64,000 nucleotides of DNA from Candidatus Cloacimonadales bacterium (GTDB taxonomy: Bacteria; Cloacimonadota; Cloacimonadia; Cloacimonadales; JAIOQZ01): assembly GCA_963674825.1 (NCBI GenBank), contig OY771587.1, forward strand, positions 1,120,001 through 1,184,000, read 5' to 3'. This document shows, piece after piece, positions 19,512 to 29,538 of this stretch. The stretch's first letter is position 1, and the number at the start of each line of letters is the position of its first letter. Position numbers and translations under genes: made by a program. The notes under the pieces are model-generated. The model worked only from the letters and a program-made list of their open reading frames with translations. It searched no databases and was not told the origin of the DNA.

Positions 19512-20474
19512 GTGTACGCAATGGGACGAAATCTGCTGCTTAAGATCTTTGCACTGGCAATCGCGGTCTTCCTGTGGGCTCAGCATGAGCTCATGAATGA
19601 GCAGACTATCTTTTTCCGGGTACCGGTCAAGCTGCGGGACATTCCCGAAGATATGATCCTGACGAAGATCGACAAAGAGGTGATCCCCATCGAGATGGAA
19701 GGCATGGGCTACGATCTCTTCAAACTCAAGCTCCAGCAGCTCTTTCGGCAGGATAATTCCGCCTTGCAGATAGCCGACGGTGGAGCAGCCTATATCTATA
19801 TTGACGCCCACAATTTTACGGAAGGCACAAATACTGTACGTGTCACGCGGGATAATCTGTTCGTGCCTGAAAAGATGCGACAGGAGATGCGTTCCGACAA
19901 AATGCAGTTCGAGCTCAACGAATGGATCGAAGTAAGCCTGGATAAAGTGATTACATTCAATAAACCGGTTGAAGTGGTCTATGAAAGCGAAGAAGACAGG
20001 GCGTTCTTCAACGAAAAGAATATGATCCTGAATCCGGCACAAGTGCAGGTGAAAGGCCCGTTGAACCTGCTCAAGTCGATCGAACGCATCCAGACAGCAC
20101 CCCTTTCGCGCAAAATGGTCAAAGACTATATCGCCACCGCGAATCTGATCAGTCCCGACCCCGCTGTGCAACTGCTAACAGATAAGGTCAAAATCGATAT
20201 CTCGACCGCGCAATACATTACTATTACTATCCCGTTGATACCCATTTTCAATCCGCGCGCATCCGAATTCGTCATCATGCCGCAGAAGGTTTCAGCACTC
20301 GTTCGCGGACGAAAAGACATGCTCGACGAACTTAACGCTGAGGAACTCAACCCCTTCGTGAACCTCAAAAGCGTGAAACCGGGCGACGAAGTGAAAATCG
20401 AGTTCAATCCTCCAGCGGACATCAAAATATTGGAATTCACACCAGAAAAAGTACAGGTCAGGTCCATTGAGTAA
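19512..20474 (+). CDS. YbbR/CdaR-like repeat membrane protein
   Basis: 'LKIFALAIAVFLW' anchor and repeated 'P(A/Q)xVxVxG' YbbR-type segments. Confidence 0.7.
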   Translation: MYAMGRNLLLKIFALAIAVFLWAQHELMNEQTIFFRVPVKLRDIPEDMILTKIDKEVIPIEMEGMGYDLFKLKLQQLFRQDNSALQIADGGAAYIYIDAHNFTEGTNTVRVTRDNLFVPEKMRQEMRSDKMQFELNEWIEVSLDKVITFNKPVEVVYESEEDRAFFNEKNMILNPAQVQVKGPLNLLKSIERIQTAPLSRKMVKDYIATANLISPDPAVQLLTDKVKIDISTAQYITITIPLIPIFNPRASEFVIMPQKVSALVRGRKDMLDELNAEELNPFVNLKSVKPGDEVKIEFNPPADIKILEFTPEKVQVRSIE

Positions 20475-21483
20475 CAATCGAATTCTCGGCATCGAAACAT
20501 CCTGCGACGACACCTCGGCATCCGTCGTCGATCTTCAGCACAACGTTTTATCCAACGTCGTATCCTCGCAGGAGATCCACAATAAATTCGGCGGTGTCGT
20601 CCCCGAACTTGCGTCCCGCGTCCATTTGCGCAATATTATGCCCATCGTGAAGAAAGCGTTGGACAAAGCCAACACAAAGCCAGAAGAACTCTGTGCCGTG
20701 GCCGTATCGGTCAATCCTGGCCTCATCGGCTCACTGCTGGTGGGTGTATCCTTCGCGAAAAGCTACGCCTGGGGCCTCGGAATCCCGCTCATCGCGGTCA
20801 ACCACATGGTCGGGCATATCCACGCCAATCTGATCGAATACCCCGATCTCAAGCCTCCATACCTGGCGCTGGTCGTATCTGGAGGGCATACCGAACTCGT
20901 ATGGTTCCAGAGCGAAACCGATTACAAGTTGATCGGCCAAACACTCGACGACGCAGCCGGCGAGGCATTCGACAAAATCGCGAAGATCCTCGATCTGGGG
21001 TATCCCGGCGGTCCGGCTATCGATAAAGCCGCCCGAGGCGGCGACCCCGCATTTTATCACTTCCCACGCGCGCTTGCCCAAAAAGACAATTTTCATTTCA
21101 GCTATAGCGGCCTCAAAACCGCAGCCATGCAATATATAGAGAATGCCGACGCTGAAACGCTCGAGAATCATCGCAACGATATCGCGGCATCCGTTCAACA
21201 GGCGATCATCGATCCACTGATCAAGAAAACCATGCGTTTCGCACGCAAGAACGGAATCGGCCGTATCCTGCTCGCCGGTGGCGTCACCGCGAACAGCCTT
21301 CTAAGAAACGAGATGAAAAAGCAGGCCGAGAAGTCGAAAATCGAGCTCTACATTCCAGCTCCGGTTTATTGCACGGACAACGCAGCCATGATAGCGATTG
21401 CCGCGATCGAGAAGTTCAACCGGCGGGATTTTGCGACGCTCGATCTCAATGCATTCTCACGCAAAGGGCTACGACTAATCTGA
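20467..21483 (+). CDS. tsaD: tRNA N6-threonylcarbamoyltransferase TsaD
   Basis: 'ILGIETSCDDT', 'GGVVPELASRVH', 'HMVGH', 'SGGHT', 'DDAAGEAFDK', 'CTDNAAMI'. Confidence 0.97.
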   Translation: MSNNRILGIETSCDDTSASVVDLQHNVLSNVVSSQEIHNKFGGVVPELASRVHLRNIMPIVKKALDKANTKPEELCAVAVSVNPGLIGSLLVGVSFAKSYAWGLGIPLIAVNHMVGHIHANLIEYPDLKPPYLALVVSGGHTELVWFQSETDYKLIGQTLDDAAGEAFDKIAKILDLGYPGGPAIDKAARGGDPAFYHFPRALAQKDNFHFSYSGLKTAAMQYIENADAETLENHRNDIAASVQQAIIDPLIKKTMRFARKNGIGRILLAGGVTANSLLRNEMKKQAEKSKIELYIPAPVYCTDNAAMIAIAAIEKFNRRDFATLDLNAFSRKGLRLI

Positions 21484-21800
21484 ACGATCTGAACACGGAA
21501 TGTTATGATTCTCTTAATGGATTTTGCGCTATAAGCGGCATAGCAGATACATCAATTGCAATAAAAAAACCTTCGGTCGAGCTAAGAGTTATACACAAAA
21601 ACAAGTTAGCCCACATATTTTGAAACCACCTGAAAATAAAGCACTTACAAAATCGGAAAATCTTTCCGCAACAGTTATACACAAGTTATCCACATCGGGA
21701 ATTCCAGTAATTACAGGCAGTTGGATTATTACACCCTCTTCACACTATCCACATCGCATCGTGGATAATTCATGTTATCCACATCACCTCTTCACGGGAA
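21484..21800. promoter_or_regulatory. oriC: Probable replication origin (DnaA-box cluster)
   Basis: TTATACACA 21589 and 21675, TTATCCACA 21686 and 21775, CTATCCACA 21745, reverse CGTGGATAA 21760, in an AT-rich intergenic region. Confidence 0.75.
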
Positions 21801-21802
21801 AT

Positions 21803-22984
21803 TTACTGCTCGAATTCCTCACCGTGGAAAGCGTATAGAAATTCCAACCATTTACACGCGCTGAAGTGCAGGACAAGGTAGTCGGTGGAGAGGTTGTGCA
21901 GGATGACGATGTTGTCGGTGAGCCAGATCGTACCGGATACATCGTAACCATCATCGAGATTGTATTGATCGCTGTGGTAGAAGAGCGCGTCGATTTGGTC
22001 GAGAATCGTCTGCGTATCGCGCGCCAGTTGCGTATCGCTTGTGGTATCGTGCAGGATGGTGAAAAATTGTCGGATATCGATGTCTTGCAGCACGGAGCCG
22101 TACTCGTCGCATTCTTGACGTGCGTCATGGAAAACATCCGTCGATGCAGAGTCTTTCCAGGTGTCCACGAAAAGCGACAAAGAGTCCTGGAGCGCCTGTA
22201 GCTGCTGATAATCGGCTACCGAGCATGTAATCGGCAATGTGCTGCCGTACTGGCTTCCACCCGGACGATAAGAATCGACGTAGGTATCGACGATTGCTTC
22301 GGAAAGGCTGCGGGAATCTGAAGCGGTGTTCCAGAGTTCGAGCGTTTCGTCGAAGGGAAAGCCGTCGGCGTTGATTTCTGCGTTCGATCCAATGATATAG
22401 TGTACCTTTCCGGCTGTTTCGCCCATCACTTCAAGGCTTTGCATTTCACAGGCGTCGAACATGAGAATATCCATATGATTGCGAATGGCCGACATCGCAT
22501 TGTAGAAATCTCCCGTCCGCACGCCGATATGGCTGTAGCTTTCATCATCGGAGCAGATCCATTCGAGAGAGCCGTCGCGATACCAGACATCCCCGTGCGA
22601 CCAGATGACAAGTGCATATTTTTTAGCAGGATAATGATTCGTCGCCCAGTTGACGAACCCCGAGAGCTCATGCCAATCGCCGCTGTCGATCTCACCAATG
22701 TTATCGATCCGGTCCGATCCGATCTCGTCGGTATCGTCATGCCGAATCTGAAAGCGCTGTGCACCAGTGTAATCGCTGTACTCGTTCCAGTCCACCTGGA
22801 CAATTACCCGAATATCGCCTGTAATATTGGCAGCCTCCATCTCGTTAATATCTTCGAGCGCTTGGCTGGATAGGCCATTATCCGCAGCCATATAAACCAT
22901 AATGGTCCAGTCCGACTCGCGAGGATCGTCGCTGCATCCGACAAGAAAGAATGCAATTGCAAGAATGAGTATGATGTATCTCAT
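21803..22984 (-). CDS. Clostripain-family (C11) cysteine peptidase, lipoprotein
   Basis: LVGC lipobox, 'WTIMVYMAADNGL', catalytic 'WSHG' and 'FDACEM'. Confidence 0.9.
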   Translation of the reverse strand: MRYIILILAIAFFLVGCSDDPRESDWTIMVYMAADNGLSSQALEDINEMEAANITGDIRVIVQVDWNEYSDYTGAQRFQIRHDDTDEIGSDRIDNIGEIDSGDWHELSGFVNWATNHYPAKKYALVIWSHGDVWYRDGSLEWICSDDESYSHIGVRTGDFYNAMSAIRNHMDILMFDACEMQSLEVMGETAGKVHYIIGSNAEINADGFPFDETLELWNTASDSRSLSEAIVDTYVDSYRPGGSQYGSTLPITCSVADYQQLQALQDSLSLFVDTWKDSASTDVFHDARQECDEYGSVLQDIDIRQFFTILHDTTSDTQLARDTQTILDQIDALFYHSDQYNLDDGYDVSGTIWLTDNIVILHNLSTDYLVLHFSACKWLEFLYAFHGEEFEQ

Positions 22985-23131
22985 GTTCGCTCCTGTGTAC
23001 AGATTGCATGAAGGTTCGATTATGTCAAGACCTGAAACACATGTTTTTTCCTTGTCAGAAAGTTAGTATTTGCGGAAAATCGTATGGTTTTCAATAAAAC
23101 AATCATTGCATCATGGTGATATGAGGGAAGA

Positions 23132-24652
23132 ATGAGCGGCAAAAACTTAGAAGCTGAAGTGAAGAGATACCATAAACAAGCCCTCGAAATGAAAGAGGCG
23201 AAAAAATATGACGAGGCTATCGAGTACTTCAGGCATGCATGGAAGCTCGCAGATGATATCCACTTCGTCGAAGAAATGAAAGCCATGATTCCAAACTTCA
23301 TGACTTCTTATTACCTGTCCAATAGGTTCGATGAAGGTGTCGTGTATCATAATGAAGCGATCGAATTTGCGATTCGCGAAAACGATATCAAGCTACAAGC
23401 CCGTATATATACCGGACTTAGCGCTTTGCTGTGGTTTCAGCGGAAATTCGACGAATCTCTTACCATATCTCTTATTGCGCGGGAAAAATGCGAAGAAGCA
23501 AACGATAACATCATGCTGCTCAAAACCCTGACGAACCTTGCAATTACAGAATCCTCCCTTGATAACATCGAGAGAAGTCTCGAATATTATCGCGAGCTAT
23601 TCACACTGGCCGAAGAAATGAATGCTCCCGAAGAACTTCTAATTGCCTGCCTCAACCTTCAAGCGCTATACTTTGATTCTTTCGACTACGATCGATCCAT
23701 GGATTACGGCATAAAAGGGCTCGAGATTGCCAGAAAGACTGGTGCAAAGGAAGAAATGTCAGCACTTATCAACAATATCGGTAACATCCACTTCAGGAAA
23801 AGCGAATACAAAGAAGCGCTCAAGTATTACCTTGAAGGTATCGACCTTCTGGATGAGAAGCACACGAAGCGTAGCTGGCTGGCGAATAATTATATGAATA
23901 TCGGGATGTCGTACGTGAACCTCGATAGATATGACGAAGGTGAGGTATACCTTAGAAAAGCCCTGGAAATCGCGGATATGTACCCTAGAATATGTCAGGA
24001 GACTCGGGCAAGAGTCCTTGCGAATCTCAGCATTGTCCATGTTCAACGCGATGAACTTGACGAGGCTGAAGAAATCCTTGGAGAAATCATTCCCAAGCTC
24101 GATGAACTCGACCTCGGATTCAATCGCACGTTCTTTATCCAATCCTTTGCGGATGTGCTCGAACAACAGGGGAAATTCAAGGAAGCGATCAAGGTATACC
24201 AGATAGCGCTCGAAAAAACCACTCAATTGTATGATGATACCCTGGCAAAAGGAATTGCACAAGCACAGACGATGCTCGAGCATGAATCCAAAGTGCGCGA
24301 AACTGAGCTTCTCAAGAAAAAAAACCTAGAGCTGGAAATCAAGAACAAAGAGCTGGAAGAAGCACAGGAAACCATCCGCGAGCTCGAACGCAGAAACACA
24401 ATAAACGCCATGGCGGTCACAGCCAACCATGAGATGAACCAGCCACTCATGATCATCCGTGGCAACCTTGACCTTTTGATCGACAATTGCATGGTTGAGA
24501 ATCATGATAACATGAAATACATTGAAAGGATTTCGAGTGCCATCGAACGAATCGAGAAGCTCCTCCTGAAATATCGAACAGCAGAACGCAGCACATTGAG
24601 CTCCTACAGCGATAGCACGGCGATGGTTACTTTTGATGAGGAGAATCAATAG
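23132..24652 (+). CDS. TPR-repeat protein with C-terminal HisKA-like phosphoacceptor and no ATPase domain
   Basis: Multiple TPRs, a coiled coil, then 'AVTANHEMNQPL'. The protein ends about 60 aa later. Confidence 0.8.
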   Translation: MSGKNLEAEVKRYHKQALEMKEAKKYDEAIEYFRHAWKLADDIHFVEEMKAMIPNFMTSYYLSNRFDEGVVYHNEAIEFAIRENDIKLQARIYTGLSALLWFQRKFDESLTISLIAREKCEEANDNIMLLKTLTNLAITESSLDNIERSLEYYRELFTLAEEMNAPEELLIACLNLQALYFDSFDYDRSMDYGIKGLEIARKTGAKEEMSALINNIGNIHFRKSEYKEALKYYLEGIDLLDEKHTKRSWLANNYMNIGMSYVNLDRYDEGEVYLRKALEIADMYPRICQETRARVLANLSIVHVQRDELDEAEEILGEIIPKLDELDLGFNRTFFIQSFADVLEQQGKFKEAIKVYQIALEKTTQLYDDTLAKGIAQAQTMLEHESKVRETELLKKKNLELEIKNKELEEAQETIRELERRNTINAMAVTANHEMNQPLMIIRGNLDLLIDNCMVENHDNMKYIERISSAIERIEKLLLKYRTAERSTLSSYSDSTAMVTFDEENQ

Positions 24653-24716
24653 GCCCATCGTTTATCATAAACTCACACTCTAAGCATATAATATAGAAAA
24701 ACGTGGGAGACGCCCA

Positions 24717-25154
24717 ATGGACAGCCGGAAGCACGTTCTCTTTATATGTAATCATAATGCCGCACGTAGCCAGATGTCAGAAGCTTGGCTTAATTACCTC
24801 GGAGGAGATTGGTTTTATGCCGAAAGCGCGGGATTCGAACCGACAGAAGTAAATCCATATGTTATCGAGGTAATGAAGGAAGAAGGTATCGATCTTAGTG
24901 AAGCTGAATGCGACGATGTATTCGAATTCTACAAAGAAGGAAGACGCTATCACTACACCATCACGGTTTGCGACCAATCACTCGCAGAAACCTGCCCTCT
25001 CTTTCCCGGCTTGGTCCTCGGTGGACGTATGCACTGGAGTTTCACCGATCCCGAATCATTTGGCGGAACGCCAGAAGAGATTCTGGATAAAACGCGATTG
25101 GTTCGCGATCGAATCAGGCAACAAATAGAAATATTTATTACCAATCACAAGTAG
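24717..25154 (+). CDS. arsC: Arsenate reductase / LMW phosphatase family
   Basis: P-loop CNHNAARSQM, 'ITVCD...CPLFPG', 'HWSFTDP'. Confidence 0.85.
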   Translation: MDSRKHVLFICNHNAARSQMSEAWLNYLGGDWFYAESAGFEPTEVNPYVIEVMKEEGIDLSEAECDDVFEFYKEGRRYHYTITVCDQSLAETCPLFPGLVLGGRMHWSFTDPESFGGTPEEILDKTRLVRDRIRQQIEIFITNHK

Positions 25155-25234
25155 GATCCAAACCAACATCGAAAATAAATTTGACATAATCCCCTGAAAA
25201 GACAACCATAACCAAAAGCAAGAAAGGGGACTGT

Positions 25235-26158
25235 GTGATTAGAATAAACAACTTAGCCAAACGTTTTGGCGAGATCATCGCACTCGACGACATTTCCCTC
25301 AGCATCGAAAAAGGTGAAGCATTCGGACTTCTGGGACCGAACGGTGCAGGCAAGACAACCCTTATCAACATCCTCTGCACCTACCTCGACCACGACAGCG
25401 GTACAGTAGAGATCGATGGGCTCGCATTGCCGGGAAAAGCACGCGAACTTAAAAAGCGTTTCGGTATTGTACCACAGGAAGTATCCCTCTACGAAGACCT
25501 GAACGCACTGGAGAATCTCCAGCTCTGGGGTAAGCTCTATGGCCTGTCAGGCACTACTCTGAAAGAACGGTCGGATTCCATTCTGAAGTCAGTCGGTCTT
25601 TGGGATCGACGCAAAGACGCAGTTAAACACTACTCTGGCGGAATGAAACGCAGACTCAACATCGCCGCAGGCATCCTGCACGATCCGCCTATTATCTTCT
25701 TTGACGAGCCGACTGTTGGTGTAGATCCGCAATCGCGTAATTTCATCTTCGAGCTGATTGAAGCCATGCACGAAGAAGGTAAAACCATCATCTACACTTC
25801 GCACTACATGGAAGAGGTAGAGCGGCTTTGCACGCGCGTCGGGATTATCGACCATGGTAAGCTGATCGCACTTGGCACCCGTCAGGATCTCTACGCTCGC
25901 CTCGGTGAAGAGGATCGGATTATCGTCAGGCTGCGTGAACCATTTCCTGCTGAAAAGCTGGCGAACGCACTGGGAATCTCTGTCATTAAAAAAGACCATA
26001 CCAGCCTGCTGATCCACGGAAACGACCTGATTGGAAGGCTTTCGAATATCCTTAACACCCTGGAGGAGATGGGAACCGAGCTGGAGGAGGTGCATATCGT
26101 GCAGCCCAATCTGGAGCAGGTATTCCTCGCCCTGACAGGAAGGGAGCTCCGAGAATGA
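25235..26158 (+). CDS. ABC transporter ATP-binding protein
   Basis: GPNGAGKT, YSGGMKRR, FFDEPTVGVDPQSR. Confidence 0.93.
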   Translation: MIRINNLAKRFGEIIALDDISLSIEKGEAFGLLGPNGAGKTTLINILCTYLDHDSGTVEIDGLALPGKARELKKRFGIVPQEVSLYEDLNALENLQLWGKLYGLSGTTLKERSDSILKSVGLWDRRKDAVKHYSGGMKRRLNIAAGILHDPPIIFFDEPTVGVDPQSRNFIFELIEAMHEEGKTIIYTSHYMEEVERLCTRVGIIDHGKLIALGTRQDLYARLGEEDRIIVRLREPFPAEKLANALGISVIKKDHTSLLIHGNDLIGRLSNILNTLEEMGTELEEVHIVQPNLEQVFLALTGRELRE

Positions 26159-27489
26159 GAATCTTAGCATTAATCGCAAAGGATATAAAGCTCTTCACGA
26201 AACATCCGGGATCATTGATCCTCACTTTCATCGTCCCGATGGTGATTACACTTATCTTTGGTATGGTATTCGGTGGATTCGGCACCAGCGATTCGGGAAT
26301 AAAAGGCATCCTGGTTGTCGGTGTCGATGAAGACCAGTCCGAGTATTCGCAGAAACTCATGACTGCGATCGGCGACCTGGAAGAAATCCGGCTCGAAACT
26401 GAATACACGAAGAACGATTCCACCCGTCTATATACAAACGACTACATGAACGACCAGATAAAAAGAGGGAACCGACATATCGGAATCCGCATCGAGAAAG
26501 GTTTTCAGGACAGTCTCAAAGCAGGAGACAAGCCATCAATTCATATTCACTACGACCCCAAATTCCCGATCGAACAGGGCATCGTGAACGGCTTGATGCA
26601 GCGCACAATCATGATGCAGATGCCCAGCCTGATGCAGGTACAGCTCTTCAAGCGCGCCGACGAATATCTGGGAGATGAAAAAGGGCAAGGTTTCCGCGAC
26701 GACCTACTCAATACGATTCGCACTTATTTTGATCCCAATCTGGAATCGCTCGATATGCCGGCAGTCGATGATTTCAAGATTACCGATTCTGATTCAACTG
26801 AAGCCGCTGAAGGCTCCTTTTCAATGGGTGACATAGCCCCGATCAGGATTCGTGGAAACCAGCTTCTGGGAGTCGATGTCGAAAACCCGATGTTTGTGCA
26901 TAGCGTTGCCGGAATGGCTGTGATGTTTTTACTATTCTCGGTGAGTGGAGCAGCATCGTCACTCCTTTCCGAGAAGCAAAACGGAACCATCAAGCGCCTT
27001 TTGATATCGCCGGTACACAGCTCTGAGATCCTGTGGGCAAAAACGCTGTTTATCGTAATCGTTGGCGTAGCACAGCTCATCGTAATGTTCATCTTTGGCT
27101 GGCTTGTCTTCAAACTCGACATTTTCAAAGATATTCCGGCGCTGCTGATTATGATCTTCTCGACCGCGATCTCATGCGCAACGCTGGGAATGCTTATCGC
27201 CGCCTCATGCAAAGACCAGAAGCAGGTCGATGAGCTTTCGACCCTCCTGATTCTGGGTATGAGTGCGCTTGGCGGCTCAATGTTCCCATCGTTTATCATG
27301 CCGGCCTATCTCCAATTCGTGGGAAAATTCACACTCAACTACTGGGCAATGACAGGCTTGACCTTCATCTTCTGGCGCGATCTCCATGTCGTAGATATTC
27401 TACCTTATGCAGGGGTGTTACTTGGTGCAGCCGTGGCATTTTTCCTGATCGCGTGGATGCTGTTCAAGAAGAGGCTGTTCAACGATTGA
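26155..27489 (+). CDS. ABC-2 transporter permease with a large extracytoplasmic loop
   Basis: N-terminal TM, 'EKQNGTIKRLLISP', 'LGGSMFP'. Confidence 0.9.
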   Translation: MRILALIAKDIKLFTKHPGSLILTFIVPMVITLIFGMVFGGFGTSDSGIKGILVVGVDEDQSEYSQKLMTAIGDLEEIRLETEYTKNDSTRLYTNDYMNDQIKRGNRHIGIRIEKGFQDSLKAGDKPSIHIHYDPKFPIEQGIVNGLMQRTIMMQMPSLMQVQLFKRADEYLGDEKGQGFRDDLLNTIRTYFDPNLESLDMPAVDDFKITDSDSTEAAEGSFSMGDIAPIRIRGNQLLGVDVENPMFVHSVAGMAVMFLLFSVSGAASSLLSEKQNGTIKRLLISPVHSSEILWAKTLFIVIVGVAQLIVMFIFGWLVFKLDIFKDIPALLIMIFSTAISCATLGMLIAASCKDQKQVDELSTLLILGMSALGGSMFPSFIMPAYLQFVGKFTLNYWAMTGLTFIFWRDLHVVDILPYAGVLLGAAVAFFLIAWMLFKKRLFND

Positions 27490-27825
27490 TGGAGGCTATG
27501 GATCGTTGAATGCGCTCGTGTCAGCGGTCCCGCATCGTTATTTTGTAACGGGATTTGCGAAAACAAACTCACCCGGCATCGACAATGACAAACTGTCGAT
27601 GCCACCCTCTCTTTGACAAAGAGAGGGCAAGTAGGTAGCGCTTCGCGGAATTTCCAGGCAAATCCCTTTCCAAAATGACCGATGCTGCCCACCCACCCAT
27701 TTTCACGAGCGCATTCCTCACCTGCCCAAGACGGTGGTTGAAACATTGGCGTTTCAGGGTTTCAGATAAAATTTTCATTGAAACAAATCGACTCGTTGCT
27801 ACATTCTGACGCATCAGGAGGATTG

Positions 27826-29538
27826 ATGCCGAAAATCGAAGTCATCATCGCAAAAGACGGCAATCCGGTGCCGGTGCTGGATGGTATAACACTACACAGT
27901 CGCTACGCACCGGTGGAAGAGGGCAAGAAGCTCGCTGATCGCTTTCTGGCGCAGCACACGACGGCCAAGGAAATCGCCGTGTTCGGACTGGGGTTCTACT
28001 ACCACATCGAGCCATTGGCGGGGCATTATAGCAAGATCCATGTTTACGAGCCAAATCAGGAGATGATCGAGCAGATGTCACGTCACCGCGATAACGCGAT
28101 TCCGTCGCACGTACGGGTATCGTCCGAGCTGGCGGATTTTACGGGAATCGGCGATCTTCCGCTGTACGATCTAGCCGCGATGCGTCGCAAGTACCCGAAC
28201 CACGTGGAAAACCTGCTACGCACGATGCGCGAGAAAAAGGTGGCGACTGCGGTTCGGCACGAGATCCCCGATTACCGTCAGATCCGCGTACTGATCGACT
28301 TCCCTGTGTATGGAGGAAGCCTCACCACCGCGGAATACATCACCAACGCGTTTACCAGACTCGGCTGCGAGGTAAAGACCGTCGATAACACCATCGCCAA
28401 TTCACTCCTGCTATCATTCTTAGCTACCGACGACCGCATCTATGCCGGACAGATGTCAAGCAAGCTGACCTCGCTGCTCTCCGATATCTTCCTGCACGAA
28501 GTAGAGCGTTTCCAGCCACATATCTGCTTCTTCCCGGCCCAATCGCCGGTGACAATCCCGCTCTTACAGCATATCCGGCAGATGAACAAGGCAGTTACCG
28601 CCTTCTGGTTCGTGGAAGACTACCGTCGTTTCGCATACTGGAAGGACTACGCACCACACTTCGAGAAATTCTACGGCATCCAGCGCAATCCATTCCTGGA
28701 TCAACTGCGCCAACTGGGCGCGACCGCTCCAAGCTACCTGCCTATGGCCGCGGATGAAGCGGTACACCGTCCGTTATACCTGACTCCCGAGGAGATTGAG
28801 GAGTATGGTGCCGACGTAGCGTTTATGGGGGCAGGATATCCGAACCGCCGCGAGATGTTCGCGCAATTGCTCGACTACGACCTCAAGATCTGGGGAACGG
28901 ACTGGGATCATCCCAAGCTTCAAGACGTCGTGCAGCGAGAAGGAGCGCGGATTTGTATCGAAGAATCGGTGAAAATCTACAACGCCACCAAAATCAACAT
29001 CAACCTGCACTCCTCCATGAACCGCGACCTTTTCGAGATCGACGGTGATTTCATCAACCCACGTACCTTCGAGATCATGGCGTGCGGTGGATTTCAATTG
29101 GTGGATAAACGCCTGCTACTGCCGGAGCTTTTCACCGAAGGCGAGGAGATCGTGACCTTTGCCTCGCTCAACGAACTTCGAGAAAAGATCGATTATTATC
29201 TGGAGCACCCGGCGGAGCGCAAACGCATCGCCGAAGCAGGGCGAAGAAAGGTTCTTCAGCATCATACCTACACTCACCGCATCCGAAGCGTGCTCAACGA
29301 CCTTCTGCGCGACTTCCCACGCCTTGGCAGCCAACTGGTTCAGGAGAAAGGCAGCATGGACGACTTCCTGCGGCAGGCAAACGATCCCGAATTGCGCAGG
29401 TTCATCCAGTCGCTACCACCGGAGAAGAGACGCTCACTACCGGCGCTTGTCGAAGCAGTAAAAGAGCAAAAGGGCCGCCTCCACGATTACCAGGCAATCC
29501 TGCTGCTGCTGGATACATTTTACAGGAACGAATCATGA
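27826..29538 (+). CDS. CgeB-like glycosyltransferase with a Maf-like N-terminal segment
   Basis: 'LHSRYAPVEE' and 'FGLGFYYH' at the N-terminus, 'NPRTFEIMACGGFQL' and 'HTYTHR' at the C-terminus. AGGAGG RBS. Confidence 0.8.
   Translation: MPKIEVIIAKDGNPVPVLDGITLHSRYAPVEEGKKLADRFLAQHTTAKEIAVFGLGFYYHIEPLAGHYSKIHVYEPNQEMIEQMSRHRDNAIPSHVRVSSELADFTGIGDLPLYDLAAMRRKYPNHVENLLRTMREKKVATAVRHEIPDYRQIRVLIDFPVYGGSLTTAEYITNAFTRLGCEVKTVDNTIANSLLLSFLATDDRIYAGQMSSKLTSLLSDIFLHEVERFQPHICFFPAQSPVTIPLLQHIRQMNKAVTAFWFVEDYRRFAYWKDYAPHFEKFYGIQRNPFLDQLRQLGATAPSYLPMAADEAVHRPLYLTPEEIEEYGADVAFMGAGYPNRREMFAQLLDYDLKIWGTDWDHPKLQDVVQREGARICIEESVKIYNATKININLHSSMNRDLFEIDGDFINPRTFEIMACGGFQLVDKRLLLPELFTEGEEIVTFASLNELREKIDYYLEHPAERKRIAEAGRRKVLQHHTYTHRIRSVLNDLLRDFPRLGSQLVQEKGSMDDFLRQANDPELRRFIQSLPPEKRRSLPALVEAVKEQKGRLHDYQAILLLLDTFYRNES

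Noticed and set aside
21524..21838. 104-aa ORF over the DnaA-box region
   Set aside because: No motif or RBS. The region is better explained as a non-coding origin.
27605..27627. 10-bp palindrome CCCTCTCTTT-GAC-AAAGAGAGGG as a terminator
   Set aside because: No T tract on either side and a single copy, so its function cannot be assigned.
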